64,000 bases of DNA from Nitrosopumilus sp. (GCA_965207075.1 CBDBLO010000002.1:1408001-1472000); one strand, 5' to 3'; positions 7,678-18,064 are shown, counted from the first letter of the stretch. The notes: generated by a model from the letters alone, not told the origin. Made by a program: numbers and translations.

Positions 7678-10086
7678 TTGATACGCCCAGGACGCGACAG
7701 GCATGGGATTGCAGCCCGATTCTCTTCAATGTCCGTGCTTTTAGCCCTGCCGCTTTTGCTTGTTATCGCGCCTATTCCGGCCACCACCGGCGACTCCGTG
7801 GACCACGCCCACTTCTGGACGCAGGCGCATGCCGCAGACGATGCGCCCTCTGCAGCCGCGGGGCCCGACCTGGCCGGTGCCGGCAGCGGTGCGACCATGC
7901 AGCCAACACCTGCCGCGTTTTACCCGATAGATGCCGGACTCGACGTCGCGCATGCGCGGCTTGGCGCGGGGGACTTGGAAGGCGCCGCGCATGCGGCGCA
8001 GTTTGCATCCGAGCAGTTTGCGCTGGGCCTTGAGTCGTTCCGGAGCATAGACCGCGACGCCACGAACCACGTACACGTTACACTGCTTGACATAGGGGCA
8101 ACCATAGGCGACGCCCCGGCCGAGCAGAGTGCCGACGCCGTATCCGAGGCGATAGACGATCTTGGCCGGTTTGGCATGCAAGGTGCGGCCGATCCGCGGG
8201 CGTCAGTCGTCTATATGCTCACCGTCGCCGAGGAGCAGTACCTCGAGGCCGGCGAGGACGCGCAGGAAAACGAGGCCGCATACATGATATCGCAGATCCT
8301 GTTCAGGCAGGCCTCTGAAATGTTTGCGCACGATGCGGACACGACGGTCATGCTCGACCTGGAGCAGCAGTCCTTCTTTCGCGATCTGATCAGGGCCGTA
8401 GACGAAAAGGACAGCTTTGTGACCGTGGGAACGCTCGTCAGCGCGATACAGCGCGACCTGCTTGGGACGGAAACCACAGAGGCGCGCGACCACGCGGCAT
8501 ACTTTGAGAACATACGCAACCTGTACGCGGACATGCGCGTCTCCCTTGGCGAAGGCGACTATGATGCGGCCCAGGAGCACGCCATAGAGGCATACCTGGA
8601 GAACTTTGAATATCTCGAACCCACCCTGGAGGCCGCCGACGCCGAGTTCATGTATGCGCTCGAGATAGAGATGCGCGAGGACCTCCGCGACATGATACGA
8701 GAGGAGGAGCCTGCAGGGGACATACTGGAATTCCTCGACGGCACGATACTGCCAAAGCTGGAACAGGGCGAGTCCATCGCCATCGAGTATCTGGGAGAGC
8801 AGTCCGCCGCGGCCCAGTCCGGAATCGCGCTGGCGGACACGGGCATGGAACTAAGGGCGATGGGGGACACTACGGAGTCCGAGCAGTCCGAGGTCAGAAC
8901 CGAGATCGACTTTATCAGGGACAGCCTGCAGGACATGATGATACTCTACGAGTCGGGCGACTACGAGTCGGCATACGCGACAGCCCGCACGGCATACCTT
9001 GACAGCTACGAGTACGTCGAGATACCGCTCCGGCCCATCGCCCCGGACTTTACGCTGGAGGTGGAGTACCTGTTTGCAGAGCTGCGCAGCTCCATAAAGA
9101 AGGAGGCGCCCGTCCACGAGGTGCGCTCTCTTGTCGCGCAGATAGACCGCAACCTCGACGAGTCAGAAAGGCTCGTGACGGGAACGGGGCAGGTCGCCCC
9201 GCTGATTGCGTTCTCCGCGTCGTTTGCCATAATATTCCGCGAGGGGCTGGAGGCGGTCCTGATACTGGGCGCCATAATGACATATCTGGAGGCGTCGCGC
9301 AACAAACGCTTCAAGATTTATGTCCACTACGGCGTGGTCGCCGCAATCGGCGCGACCGCGGCCACGTGGTTTGTGGCGTCGTATGTGATAGAGATATCGG
9401 GGGCCAGTCGTGAGCTGATAGAGGCCATTGCGGCGCTGTCGGCCACCGCGGTGCTGTTCTATGTCAGCTTCTGGATACTCAACAAGATAGAGCACAAAAA
9501 ATGGATGGAGTTTGTAAAGGCAAAGGTCTGGCAGGCCACCACCACGGGCAGCGTGATGGTATTCGTAATGCTCTCCTTCTTCACCGTGTACAGGGAGGGC
9601 TTTGAGACGGTGCTGTTCTACCAGGCGATGTTCGGCTTTGCCAAGTATATGGAGATGTACGTCGGGCTCGGGTTCGTCCTGGGCATCGGATCCCTTCTTG
9701 CCATATACTTTGTAATGAGGATGATGGGCAAGCGGCTCCCGCTGCGCGTGCTGTTCGGGCTTACGATGGGAATAGGCGCGTACCTCTCAATCGCCTTTTT
9801 GGGAAACGCGATAAGGGAGCTGCAGGTGCTCGACATCGTGCCATATACGAGCATGATTGGCACAATACCGCGCCTCGACATCAACATGGCCACGATGACG
9901 GGCATATACCCGACCCTTGAGACGGTGATAGGGCAGATCGTTCTGCTCGGCGTATACATGGTCGCATCCGCATACATACTGATAGTCAGGCCCAGGAGGG
10001 AGAGGGCGATTGCGGCCATGAGGCAGTCGAGAAAAAGTGCAAAGGGTGCTGGCGGCTCACAGGCGGGCGCCGGTGGCGGGGCCTGA
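7678..10086 (+). CDS. FTR1/EfeU family high-affinity iron permease with large extracellular N-terminal region
   Basis: Two RExxE motifs (FREGLE, YREGFE) in a C-terminal multi-TM domain. Confidence 0.9.
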   Translation: MIRPGRDRHGIAARFSSMSVLLALPLLLVIAPIPATTGDSVDHAHFWTQAHAADDAPSAAAGPDLAGAGSGATMQPTPAAFYPIDAGLDVAHARLGAGDLEGAAHAAQFASEQFALGLESFRSIDRDATNHVHVTLLDIGATIGDAPAEQSADAVSEAIDDLGRFGMQGAADPRASVVYMLTVAEEQYLEAGEDAQENEAAYMISQILFRQASEMFAHDADTTVMLDLEQQSFFRDLIRAVDEKDSFVTVGTLVSAIQRDLLGTETTEARDHAAYFENIRNLYADMRVSLGEGDYDAAQEHAIEAYLENFEYLEPTLEAADAEFMYALEIEMREDLRDMIREEEPAGDILEFLDGTILPKLEQGESIAIEYLGEQSAAAQSGIALADTGMELRAMGDTTESEQSEVRTEIDFIRDSLQDMMILYESGDYESAYATARTAYLDSYEYVEIPLRPIAPDFTLEVEYLFAELRSSIKKEAPVHEVRSLVAQIDRNLDESERLVTGTGQVAPLIAFSASFAIIFREGLEAVLILGAIMTYLEASRNKRFKIYVHYGVVAAIGATAATWFVASYVIEISGASRELIEAIAALSATAVLFYVSFWILNKIEHKKWMEFVKAKVWQATTTGSVMVFVMLSFFTVYREGFETVLFYQAMFGFAKYMEMYVGLGFVLGIGSLLAIYFVMRMMGKRLPLRVLFGLTMGIGAYLSIAFLGNAIRELQVLDIVPYTSMIGTIPRLDINMATMTGIYPTLETVIGQIVLLGVYMVASAYILIVRPRRERAIAAMRQSRKSAKGAGGSQAGAGGGA

Positions 10087-10434
10087 TCGGCGGGCGGATA
10101 GCGGAAGGGCCGGTATCACGTCATGTCCCACACGCGCTGCCGCCACTGGCAACAACGCGCCCAAGCCACCAAGCCACCCCGACGTCACGCGTATAGGTAC
10201 GCGCGCCTTCCATGCTAGAATGTCACGCATATGGCAGGAAGACAGGCCTTTTGGATATCCATGAGCCAAGCAGACGGGGCTTGTAGACGCCTGATCAAAC
10301 CATCTTGTGCTCCGGGTACGGCGTCAGATGTAATCAGGGTATAGCGCCATAAACCAAGATCATAAACCACGTTATCGCAACATAACCATAAGACACTCAC
10401 CACCTTTAAGAAACAATTATAGATTTGACAGAAC

Positions 10435-10749
10435 ATGAGTGGCGAAGAGACACATCTTTGGGTCATGGTCAGCAACATGGATCAGGACGCAAAGGCCGAT
10501 GAGGTCCCAACCATCATATCCAGAATTACGTCGCTTGTGGACGACTGGCACTCCAAGGGCAGAATAATGCTGTCAGGCCCGTTTGACAACAAAACGTCGT
10601 CTATGACAGTCGTTGCGGCAAGCACAAAAGAAGCGCAGGAGCTGTTTCAACAGTGGAAAGACATCTGCTCTGGATTCCTTGTATCTGAGATGTACAGGTG
10701 GGACGCGATGCCAATTCTCTCCGTTATGGCAAGGCAGGATCTGCATTAG
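10435..10749 (+). CDS. Small protein, YCII/muconolactone-isomerase-like dimeric alpha/beta barrel
   Basis: W..KGRIMLSGPF...SMTV.A....EA pattern, with an AT-rich promoter upstream. Confidence 0.6.
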   Translation: MSGEETHLWVMVSNMDQDAKADEVPTIISRITSLVDDWHSKGRIMLSGPFDNKTSSMTVVAASTKEAQELFQQWKDICSGFLVSEMYRWDAMPILSVMARQDLH

Positions 10750-11384
10750 CCAATGCGGCAAGAACTGGCAATTCCAACTTTTTTACTCGGTCACGTCTAT
10801 TGGGCATTCCCTGACGGATTCAGTCTCAGGCGCATTTTGCGATTTCTGCAGGACGGCCAAGTCACATAGAGATGCGCAGGGGTCAGGAATCCGTTTCTTG
10901 TTGCCGGCACTCGAAAATACGTCAACAATCTCTCTTGCAGCATATTCCTTGTTCCTTTTTTTTTTGGTGCCGACCGGCTCACGTCACCTCGCCGCCACGG
11001 TTGCGCTCAGACCGTCCGCGTGGATTGGGAAATTATGGCGCGCTCGATCATCTCACCATTATGGAATCTTAGCTCTCCCGATAAGACGGCCGGGTAGGCG
11101 GGGTCGGGGTGGGGGGGGGAGAAGGGAATGCGAACCGGCGATCCCTTTCGGATCCACGCCGGACTCCGGTGGGGGGTGGCCAACAGGCCGAAATTGGAAA
11201 GACGTCACGACCGCAATGCGGACTGTTGCAAGGATGACATGAATCACACCGGTGCGGCAGCGGCGGCCCGGCAGTCCCTGCATGCCGGCCCCGCGGCCCC
11301 TCCTGCGGCGCCCCTGCCCCACTCAGATCAGCACATGCGTGGCGAGGATCTGCATGCCGCAGGGCGCGTCCCCGATCGGTATGA

Positions 11385-11609
11385 TTAGTCGCCTGCGCCT
11401 AGGATCTCAGAGGTCCTCAGCTCCTTGACCCTTCCGACGAGGCCGTCTTCCAGCCTGACTTTGATGCCATGGGGGTGGGATCTTGAGGACGTCAGGATCT
11501 CCCTTACCGTACCCCCCGTCAGCCGGCCGGTGCCCCGGTCGGCCTTTGTCTCTATTCCCACCTTGCATCCTTTGCGTATCTGATCCCTGATGGGGAGAGG
11601 GCCGGCCAT
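11385..11609 (-). CDS. YwbE family protein
   Basis: LT.G.V.EILT.S..HPHGIKVRLEDG.VGRV signature. TTTAAA ~25 nt upstream. Confidence 0.85.
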   Translation of the reverse strand: MAGPLPIRDQIRKGCKVGIETKADRGTGRLTGGTVREILTSSRSHPHGIKVRLEDGLVGRVKELRTSEILGAGD

Positions 11610-11949
11610 GCGCGCACGGGGGCGCCCGGCGATTTAAAGTGGTCGAACCGGGGGCCTGACAGTATTGGATGAGTTTGCGCCTCTGAATTTTCCCCCAAAG
11701 CGGCGTTCGGCCCTTCCTACCGCATGGGTGCTGGCAACCAAACGCGGCGGCGGTTCGGAAAAGGCGGACGCAGAGCGGACGACATGCCGGTTGCGGCAGA
11801 GGGGGGGGGAGACGAGGCGCCCGTCAGCTGAAAAAAAAGAATCCAAGCGGCAGGGAATAGCAGGCTGTCGGCCCCTCTGGCTCGAGATCCCCCCGGAACC
11901 GGTGGCGCATACGGCGCAAAACTGCAAGTTACGCATACGGCGCCCCGCG

Positions 11950-12846
11950 TCACAGAGCGATCTTGCAGATCTCTATCCACCCGTTCCGCTCGCCAAATAC
12001 CGCGTTGCACCCAGTTCTCCTCGCCTCCATCGATCTCATGTCGTGGCGCGACAGGACGGTACCGCCCAGTCCAGCCGCGCGAGCCTCGACATCGCCGGGG
12101 CCATATCTAGTCGTAAAGGCCCACAGCGAGTCTTCGGCCGTCAGGCCGGGCGGGTGGTGCGGCATCGGAAACGCGGCCAACGGTATGACCGATTCGTACG
12201 CCTCCTTTACTATGAGGTCAAACGGGCGGCTCGCCACCGGCCTGAGATCCTCGGGTATGTCGGAGGTGGGAAGAAGGTATTCCAGGATCATCCTGCTGCC
12301 GCGATGAGCGGTGGGGAATCCCGACGCAAGCCCCCAGAGATCCCCGGCAGTCAGATAATACGACAGCCCCTCCACCACCAGCAGCGACGGCTCGTCCCAG
12401 CTCCACCCGGCCCCGGCCAGTCCAGACATCACGGACGCGCGCTTTGACGCGTCGGCGGTAACGCACCTCAGGGTGCCGCGCAGATCCCGCGCAAGCGGGC
12501 CGACAAGCTGCTCCTTGCGGCCCATGCCTGCAGAGTCGACGTCAAAGACCACGCAGTCGAGCCGCGAACAGAGCTCTATTGACAGGGCGTCCATGCCGGC
12601 CCCTAGTATCACCACCTGCCGCGTGCCGTCGTTTTCAATGCAGTCCAGCGCGAGGTCGAGCACGCACGACTTTCTGTTCCTTATCACCTCCGGATAGTGC
12701 GGCCAGAACTGGTCGCACTCCCTCATGACGCCCTCGCCCAGGCCCAAGTCCAGCATGCTGAGAAACCTCTGGGCCGGAGCGCTTGTATGCGCCCTGCCGT
12801 CGGACCACAGCAGTACCAGCGCCGAGGTAGAGGAGAGAAGGTCCAC
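11950..12846 (-). CDS. Class I SAM-dependent methyltransferase (LCM/leucine carboxyl methyltransferase-like)
   Basis: QVVILGAGMDA, VFDVD, LLVVEGLSYYL motifs. GTG start inferred. Confidence 0.85.
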   Translation of the reverse strand: MDLLSSTSALVLLWSDGRAHTSAPAQRFLSMLDLGLGEGVMRECDQFWPHYPEVIRNRKSCVLDLALDCIENDGTRQVVILGAGMDALSIELCSRLDCVVFDVDSAGMGRKEQLVGPLARDLRGTLRCVTADASKRASVMSGLAGAGWSWDEPSLLVVEGLSYYLTAGDLWGLASGFPTAHRGSRMILEYLLPTSDIPEDLRPVASRPFDLIVKEAYESVIPLAAFPMPHHPPGLTAEDSLWAFTTRYGPGDVEARAAGLGGTVLSRHDMRSMEARRTGCNAVFGERNGWIEICKIAL

Positions 12847-13173
12847 GACGCCGCGCGCGTGCGGGCCGCACATAAACCGTTGCCGGACTGGCGACGGCGG
12901 CAGTGGCGGCAAAGGAATCCAGAGGTGACTCGAGAAGTGCTGGTGTGCATCTACCACCCCGCAGCTGGCTCCAATGCCCCTTCCAAGACCTCGGCCGGGG
13001 CCTACGTCCGGCCAGGGAACCCGGGCAGGACTGGGAGGGTGCACACAGGCCGACTCCAAGTGAACTCCCGAGCACCGCGCATACCGTAACTACTGGCACG
13101 AAATTTCAGTCGGCACGGACACATACCCGAAAGATAATGAATGTTATTAAGATATTCCGGCAGGGCCACATAG

Positions 13174-15585
13174 ATGGACGCTGATTTGAGGCATGGCAGT
13201 CCCCGATACGCGATGCCGGCCGTGACAGTAGTCGCCGCGGCCGCCTTGGTTCTGGTCGCGGCAGGAGCGCTGCCGCATGTGGCAGAGCAGGCGGCGCATG
13301 CACAAGAGCAGCAGCCCGAGATCAGGACGATTGGCATAATCGTAATCCAAGGCAATCCGGACGTAGCCGAGAGAATGGAGCGCACATTCAAGATCGCACT
13401 GGAGGACTTTAACAAGAAACTGGCCAAAGATGGAAGAGACTGGCGGCTGGCAGCAGAATTTGTCATGATACGGGACGCCAGCGATACGACGGGGGCAATC
13501 AACGGCCTGAATGCAAAGGGGATAAAGGCGGTGGCCGGATTCATAGACGACGCGGGGGTCGCTGACGCGTACGATACCATACATCAGAACAACATGATAG
13601 TAGTCACATCCAGCTCCGGACTGCCAGAGCTTTCCCTGCGCGACAACATATTCAGGACGGCCTCCGCGTACAACAACGTGGCAGACGCGTTCGTAAACGT
13701 AATGCAGCAGGACGGCAAGACCGAGATCATCAACTTGTTCCTGGACTTTCGGGTGGGGCAGACATTCAACTCGACAATATACAGGATGCTCGAGGACGTG
13801 GACGACATGTCCATGCTGGGCTCTATCAAGTTTGGCAGCAACATAGCAGGCGATGCCGGGAGGATACGGGGCGAGATGATCCAGATACTCCAGAGCACCG
13901 ACAACCACGAGAACGTCGGAATCTTTGTCACCGGGATCCCCTCCAGCGCGGGGGTGCTTGGAATAATGGCAGGCCTTGACACGGGGACCGACTCGGCCAT
14001 AGGCAAGACCACGTTCTACGGAACCGGAACGCTGCAGCCAGGCATCGAAGGCAGCAAAAGGGTGCTGCAGTTCATGGAAAAGACCGGCTACAGGGGAATC
14101 GAGACGGGCATACACGAAAACGAGCTTAACATACGCCTCGACAGCCTGCTGGGCCACGCCCTGGCAGCCCTGACGTACGACGCGTACTCGACAGTCCAGA
14201 TACTTGGAAGGGCCATCGACAGCGCAGGCTCGGCCACTAATACGGCCATCATAAGACAGAACATGGATCAGGCCGCCCGGGACTATTCTCCCGTGTCCGC
14301 GCGCGGCATAGACGCTAACTTCGATGAGTACGGCGACGCTGCAGAGAGGGACGTCCACATATCGGAGATAAGAAACGGCAAATTCGTCATTACGCAAGAG
14401 TATGATCCAGACCACCACGGCATAACTGAGCTCGCCCCGTTCTCGGAGCCGGAGAGGCGGAAGCTTGGCGCAATCGTGTCGGAGACCGGAGAGCTTGCAT
14501 GGGTGATGGAGCCCGCAAGCGCCGCCATAAGCCTCGCCGTGTCTGACTTCAACATAGAACAGTTCAGGGCCGGGACCGACTACAGGATAGACCTGATAAA
14601 GCGCGACGACGGCACCGACCCGTCACGCACCGCACAGCAGGCAAGAGCCCTCGAGGCACTCGGCTCAAACGCGATAGTCGGGCCCGCGTACAGCGGGGGA
14701 GTCGGGAGCATAGCGGCGCTCAGCAGCGGCAACATCATAGCCGTGAGCTATGGGTCGGGCTCGCCCGAGTTCAGCACCCCGGACGACAACATATTCCGCG
14801 TACTGCCAGACAACGTGGCTACCTCAAAGGTATACGCAGAGATAATGGCACAAGACGGAATCGAGAACCTCATAATCGTGCACAGGGACGACGCATGGGG
14901 CAGGATAACCAGCGCGTCCATGTACGACATCGTCGCAGAGCGCACCGACATCACGCGGATTGACGGCGTCGCGTATGCGCCCGGTACCACCGACTATTCT
15001 ACAGTGACGGACCGCCTTGCCGGCGCGCTTGGTGCTGCGGGCGCAGGGGACGCGCCCAGCACGGCAGTGGTGCTATTGGCCTTTGGGGAGGAAAACGACA
15101 TAATCCGGTCCGCCGCATCCGACCCGCGCCTGCAGGAAAGCAGGTGGTACGGGATCAATATCAGGTCGCAGGCCGACAACGCAGGCATCACACCATGGAT
15201 CGAAAGGGCAGGATATACGACGGTGACCACCAAGCATGAGCCCAACGCGCTAAACGCGCGCATAGCTTCCGAGGTTCCGGGCGCAAACATCTATTCATAC
15301 CACGCGTACGACGCGACTCGGCTTCTGATAGAGGTATTGCAAAGGGAGGGCGGCGTGACTGGCAGCGTTCCCCTTGCGCGCGCAGGCAACGCCATCTACC
15401 AGAACACGGTGGAACCCACCGCGCTGGGGGTACCGCTTGTATTCAACGAGAACGGCGATCTGGACGCGGACTCGGTAAACTATAGCATTTATCGCACGAC
15501 GGGAGGAGAGTCAGTACCCTTGTTGGTCTTTGATTCCGCGTCTGAGACGATCAAGTCGGCAACGCCCGTCAGAATATGCAGATAA
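13174..15585 (+). CDS. Secreted protein with two tandem LivK/LivJ-type (type I periplasmic binding) domains; no permease nearby
   Basis: Signal peptide, repeated (R/D)DNIFR motifs, YDA helix and FDE/FNE.GD in each half. Confidence 0.85.
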   Translation: MDADLRHGSPRYAMPAVTVVAAAALVLVAAGALPHVAEQAAHAQEQQPEIRTIGIIVIQGNPDVAERMERTFKIALEDFNKKLAKDGRDWRLAAEFVMIRDASDTTGAINGLNAKGIKAVAGFIDDAGVADAYDTIHQNNMIVVTSSSGLPELSLRDNIFRTASAYNNVADAFVNVMQQDGKTEIINLFLDFRVGQTFNSTIYRMLEDVDDMSMLGSIKFGSNIAGDAGRIRGEMIQILQSTDNHENVGIFVTGIPSSAGVLGIMAGLDTGTDSAIGKTTFYGTGTLQPGIEGSKRVLQFMEKTGYRGIETGIHENELNIRLDSLLGHALAALTYDAYSTVQILGRAIDSAGSATNTAIIRQNMDQAARDYSPVSARGIDANFDEYGDAAERDVHISEIRNGKFVITQEYDPDHHGITELAPFSEPERRKLGAIVSETGELAWVMEPASAAISLAVSDFNIEQFRAGTDYRIDLIKRDDGTDPSRTAQQARALEALGSNAIVGPAYSGGVGSIAALSSGNIIAVSYGSGSPEFSTPDDNIFRVLPDNVATSKVYAEIMAQDGIENLIIVHRDDAWGRITSASMYDIVAERTDITRIDGVAYAPGTTDYSTVTDRLAGALGAAGAGDAPSTAVVLLAFGEENDIIRSAASDPRLQESRWYGINIRSQADNAGITPWIERAGYTTVTTKHEPNALNARIASEVPGANIYSYHAYDATRLLIEVLQREGGVTGSVPLARAGNAIYQNTVEPTALGVPLVFNENGDLDADSVNYSIYRTTGGESVPLLVFDSASETIKSATPVRICR

Positions 15586-15696
15586 CTCTGCCGCTCTTCG
15601 AAGAGTACAGAATGGCAATGGGCAACCACCCGCACATCATAGGCCGTGTTCTGTCACATGCGAAGCGGTTAAAAGCACACTTGGTGACCCAGCGTT

Positions 15697-15897
15697 ATGC
15701 AGATCCAAACGACTCGGAGTAACTGGTGGTTCCTGTTGCCGATATTCCTGAATATAGTTGGAGGAATAATCGCATACTTTGTGCTGCGGCACGACGATCC
15801 GCAAAAGGCCAGGAACTGCCTTATGCTTGGTGCAGTATTGCTTGCAATACCGATAGTATTAGGTTTCGGATTGGACGCGCTGCCGGCAGCAGACTAG
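15697..15897 (+). CDS. Small two-TM membrane protein, paralog 1
   Basis: RSNWWFLLPI...GGIIAYFVLRHDDPQKARNCL. TATA-like GGTTAAAA at ~15667. Confidence 0.8.
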   Translation: MQIQTTRSNWWFLLPIFLNIVGGIIAYFVLRHDDPQKARNCLMLGAVLLAIPIVLGFGLDALPAAD

Positions 15898-16195
15898 TAC
15901 GCGCACTACGAAGGACGTAATTTTTTATTTACTTATCAGGCCGCATACGGCCGCGAACCGACGGCCTCAGGACACCGACGTGCACCGAATCCCAGCACAA
16001 GGCCAAAGCGGGCCATCGACAGTAGCCGCTAGCCAACCTACCGCACGGCGCGCTGTTGGCGGACGGGCGTATGCACGTTAAGTTCCGAAGTGGTATGCAG
16101 GGGATCCGCGCGAAGATGAGATCAAAACTGTTCCCGCAGAGTACCGGTCCGTGGCGTTCTCCAACGGTTATAAGCAGACCCGCCAATCCAGAATC

Positions 16196-16381
16196 ATGTA
16201 CAACGAGAAAAGACGGAGCAATTGGTGGTTTCTGCTCCCCATACTACTCACCATAGTGGGCGGAATAATCGCATATTTTGTGCTGCGGCACGACGATCCG
16301 CAAAAGGCCAGGAACTGCCTCATGCTGGGCGCCGTACTGCTTGTGATACACATAGCCCTTGCATATGTGCTGCCAGGGTAG
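16196..16381 (+). CDS. Small two-TM membrane protein, paralog 2
   Basis: Near-identical to 15697-15897. TATA GGTTATAA at ~16166. Confidence 0.8.
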   Translation: MYNEKRRSNWWFLLPILLTIVGGIIAYFVLRHDDPQKARNCLMLGAVLLVIHIALAYVLPG

Positions 16382-16936
16382 CCGAGGCAGAGGCTCACAG
16401 AGTACGGAAATGCGAACGCGACACATTCGGACAAGACAGATCCGTCAAGGGCCACGAACAAGCAGAACGAGAATCTCAAGCACATCCAACGGCTTCCGGG
16501 CATGACGATGTCAGAATGTCAGTGATGCCAGGGCGAGTCACGGAGGCGCCACAACTCCGCGGCGCAATACTCACTTGTTGGCAGAAAACGGGCCCAATAC
16601 GGCAGCTGGTCTGCGCGATGATCGATGCCAAGGAGATGCGGAACTCGGACCATTTTCCCAAATCCCTGCCAGCCGCGGCCTCGACGGGAGAACAGGCAAA
16701 CAGCTGCATGAGACGCACAATACAGCGCCGCGCCGCGTGGTATCGGCGGCCGTCGCGCATGCGGCAAACGTTGTGGTGGCATGCATGCAAGATCTTACCG
16801 GATGTCCGTTTAAAAATACAGGTTCAGGCCGGGCCTGTTTTCCGGATAAAGCGTGATGTCACACGCACAATCGCAACGAGGCACCCGAACAAGTGCAAAA
16901 AACAACGCACAAATAGACTGCGTTGCGCTCACATGC

Positions 16937-17257
16937 ATGGCGTCTCCGTGTGGAGATGGATACAGCCTCATAGGCGACATCTGCATGCCCACCCCGGAAG
17001 GATACGTAGAAACCAGGTCCGAATGCGAGATGGGGGTCGACAGTATGGAAGCTGCCGGCGTCGAACAGGACTATCAAGCGGAGCTTGCAAAGTGCAGGGA
17101 AGAAGCAGCAGCAGCGGCCGAATTATCACCATCACATCCAGCAGACGCCAACCAATCTGGCGCGGAAGCCGCTCCCGACGCGTCCACAATTGAAGGATTC
17201 TTTTCATGGCTACTCTCCGAGATTGCAGAGTGGTTCACGTCGATACAGATCATGTGA
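16937..17257 (+). CDS. Hypothetical Cys-containing acidic protein with a C-terminal amphipathic helix (possibly a remnant)
   Basis: Protein-like composition (CGDGYSLIGDIC; FFSWLLSEIAEWF). Start uncertain. Confidence 0.45.
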   Translation: MASPCGDGYSLIGDICMPTPEGYVETRSECEMGVDSMEAAGVEQDYQAELAKCREEAAAAAELSPSHPADANQSGAEAAPDASTIEGFFSWLLSEIAEWFTSIQIM

Positions 17258-17571
17258 CCGCGGCACGTGGCGCCCCATCGCATACGTCACGTTGCGCCTC
17301 CGCAAGATTCCAATCTAGGCAAATTCCAGCAGGTTTGACAAACTATTAGACTTCCTTCGCGCGCCTCGTTGGGATACGCCTGCCCGCCGTTTCTATTGCG
17401 CACCATAAGAAGAACAGGCATGGCACCACGTAGCAAGCCGCAGTTCTTGTTTCAATGTTTCGGAATATAGGCGGCAAAGTACTTACAGCACGTACCGCGA
17501 GCGCATACAGATGCAACCGATTGAGGCGTCGACAGAAATAACTACTTAAGCAACCACACACCACATACAAC

Positions 17572-17862
17572 ATGATACTTAGCAGCAGCGGAAAGACAAT
17601 CCGCAGTAGATGGTGGTTCCTGCTGCCTGTGATGCTCCAACTGCTGGGCGGCATCATAGCATACTTTGCTCTGAGGCAAGACGATCCGGCAAAGGCCAAA
17701 AACTGCCTGTTGCTAGGCTCCACACTCACCGCGCTGTGGATTGCCGCGATTGTCGTACCCATCGCGCTGCTCATTGCATTTGGAACACCGATTCAGGACG
17801 AACACGCATGGATGCTCCCGCCAGAGGAGTTTTCGATAATCAACCTCAACCACGAGACATAA
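17572..17862 (+). CDS. Small membrane protein, paralog 3 (C-terminally extended)
   Basis: RSRWWFLLPV...GGIIAYFALRQDDPAKAKNCL. Confidence 0.8.
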   Translation: MILSSSGKTIRSRWWFLLPVMLQLLGGIIAYFALRQDDPAKAKNCLLLGSTLTALWIAAIVVPIALLIAFGTPIQDEHAWMLPPEEFSIINLNHET

Positions 17863-17892
17863 TCAGGACCCGCCAGATGCAGGCAGCATATA

Positions 17893-17920
17893 AAGTTTCT
17901 AAATTCGAATTTAGAAATAT
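17893..17920. promoter_or_regulatory. 28-bp palindrome, copy 1 (AAGTTTCTAAA TTCGAA TTTAGAAATAT)
   Basis: Perfect 22-bp palindromic core, intergenic, with related copies at 19445 and 21933. Confidence 0.6.
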
Positions 17921-18064
17921 TGGAAAAATGGGAGCGGCGGCATGCAAGCAGTGCAGCGCCGCACAACGCCACCAAAATCACCACGGACCCCCGCAGAGCA
18001 CGCGGTACGATCATCTGCAGCATGCTTGGCATATATTGCATCGTGGCACCAGATCCCGCATACC

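Noticed and set aside
11665-12447. 260-aa plus-strand ORF
   Set aside because: Arg/Pro-rich shadow antisense to the methyltransferase.
16222-17193. 323-aa ORF overlapping paralog 2
   Set aside because: Off-frame, low-information composition, with no motifs.
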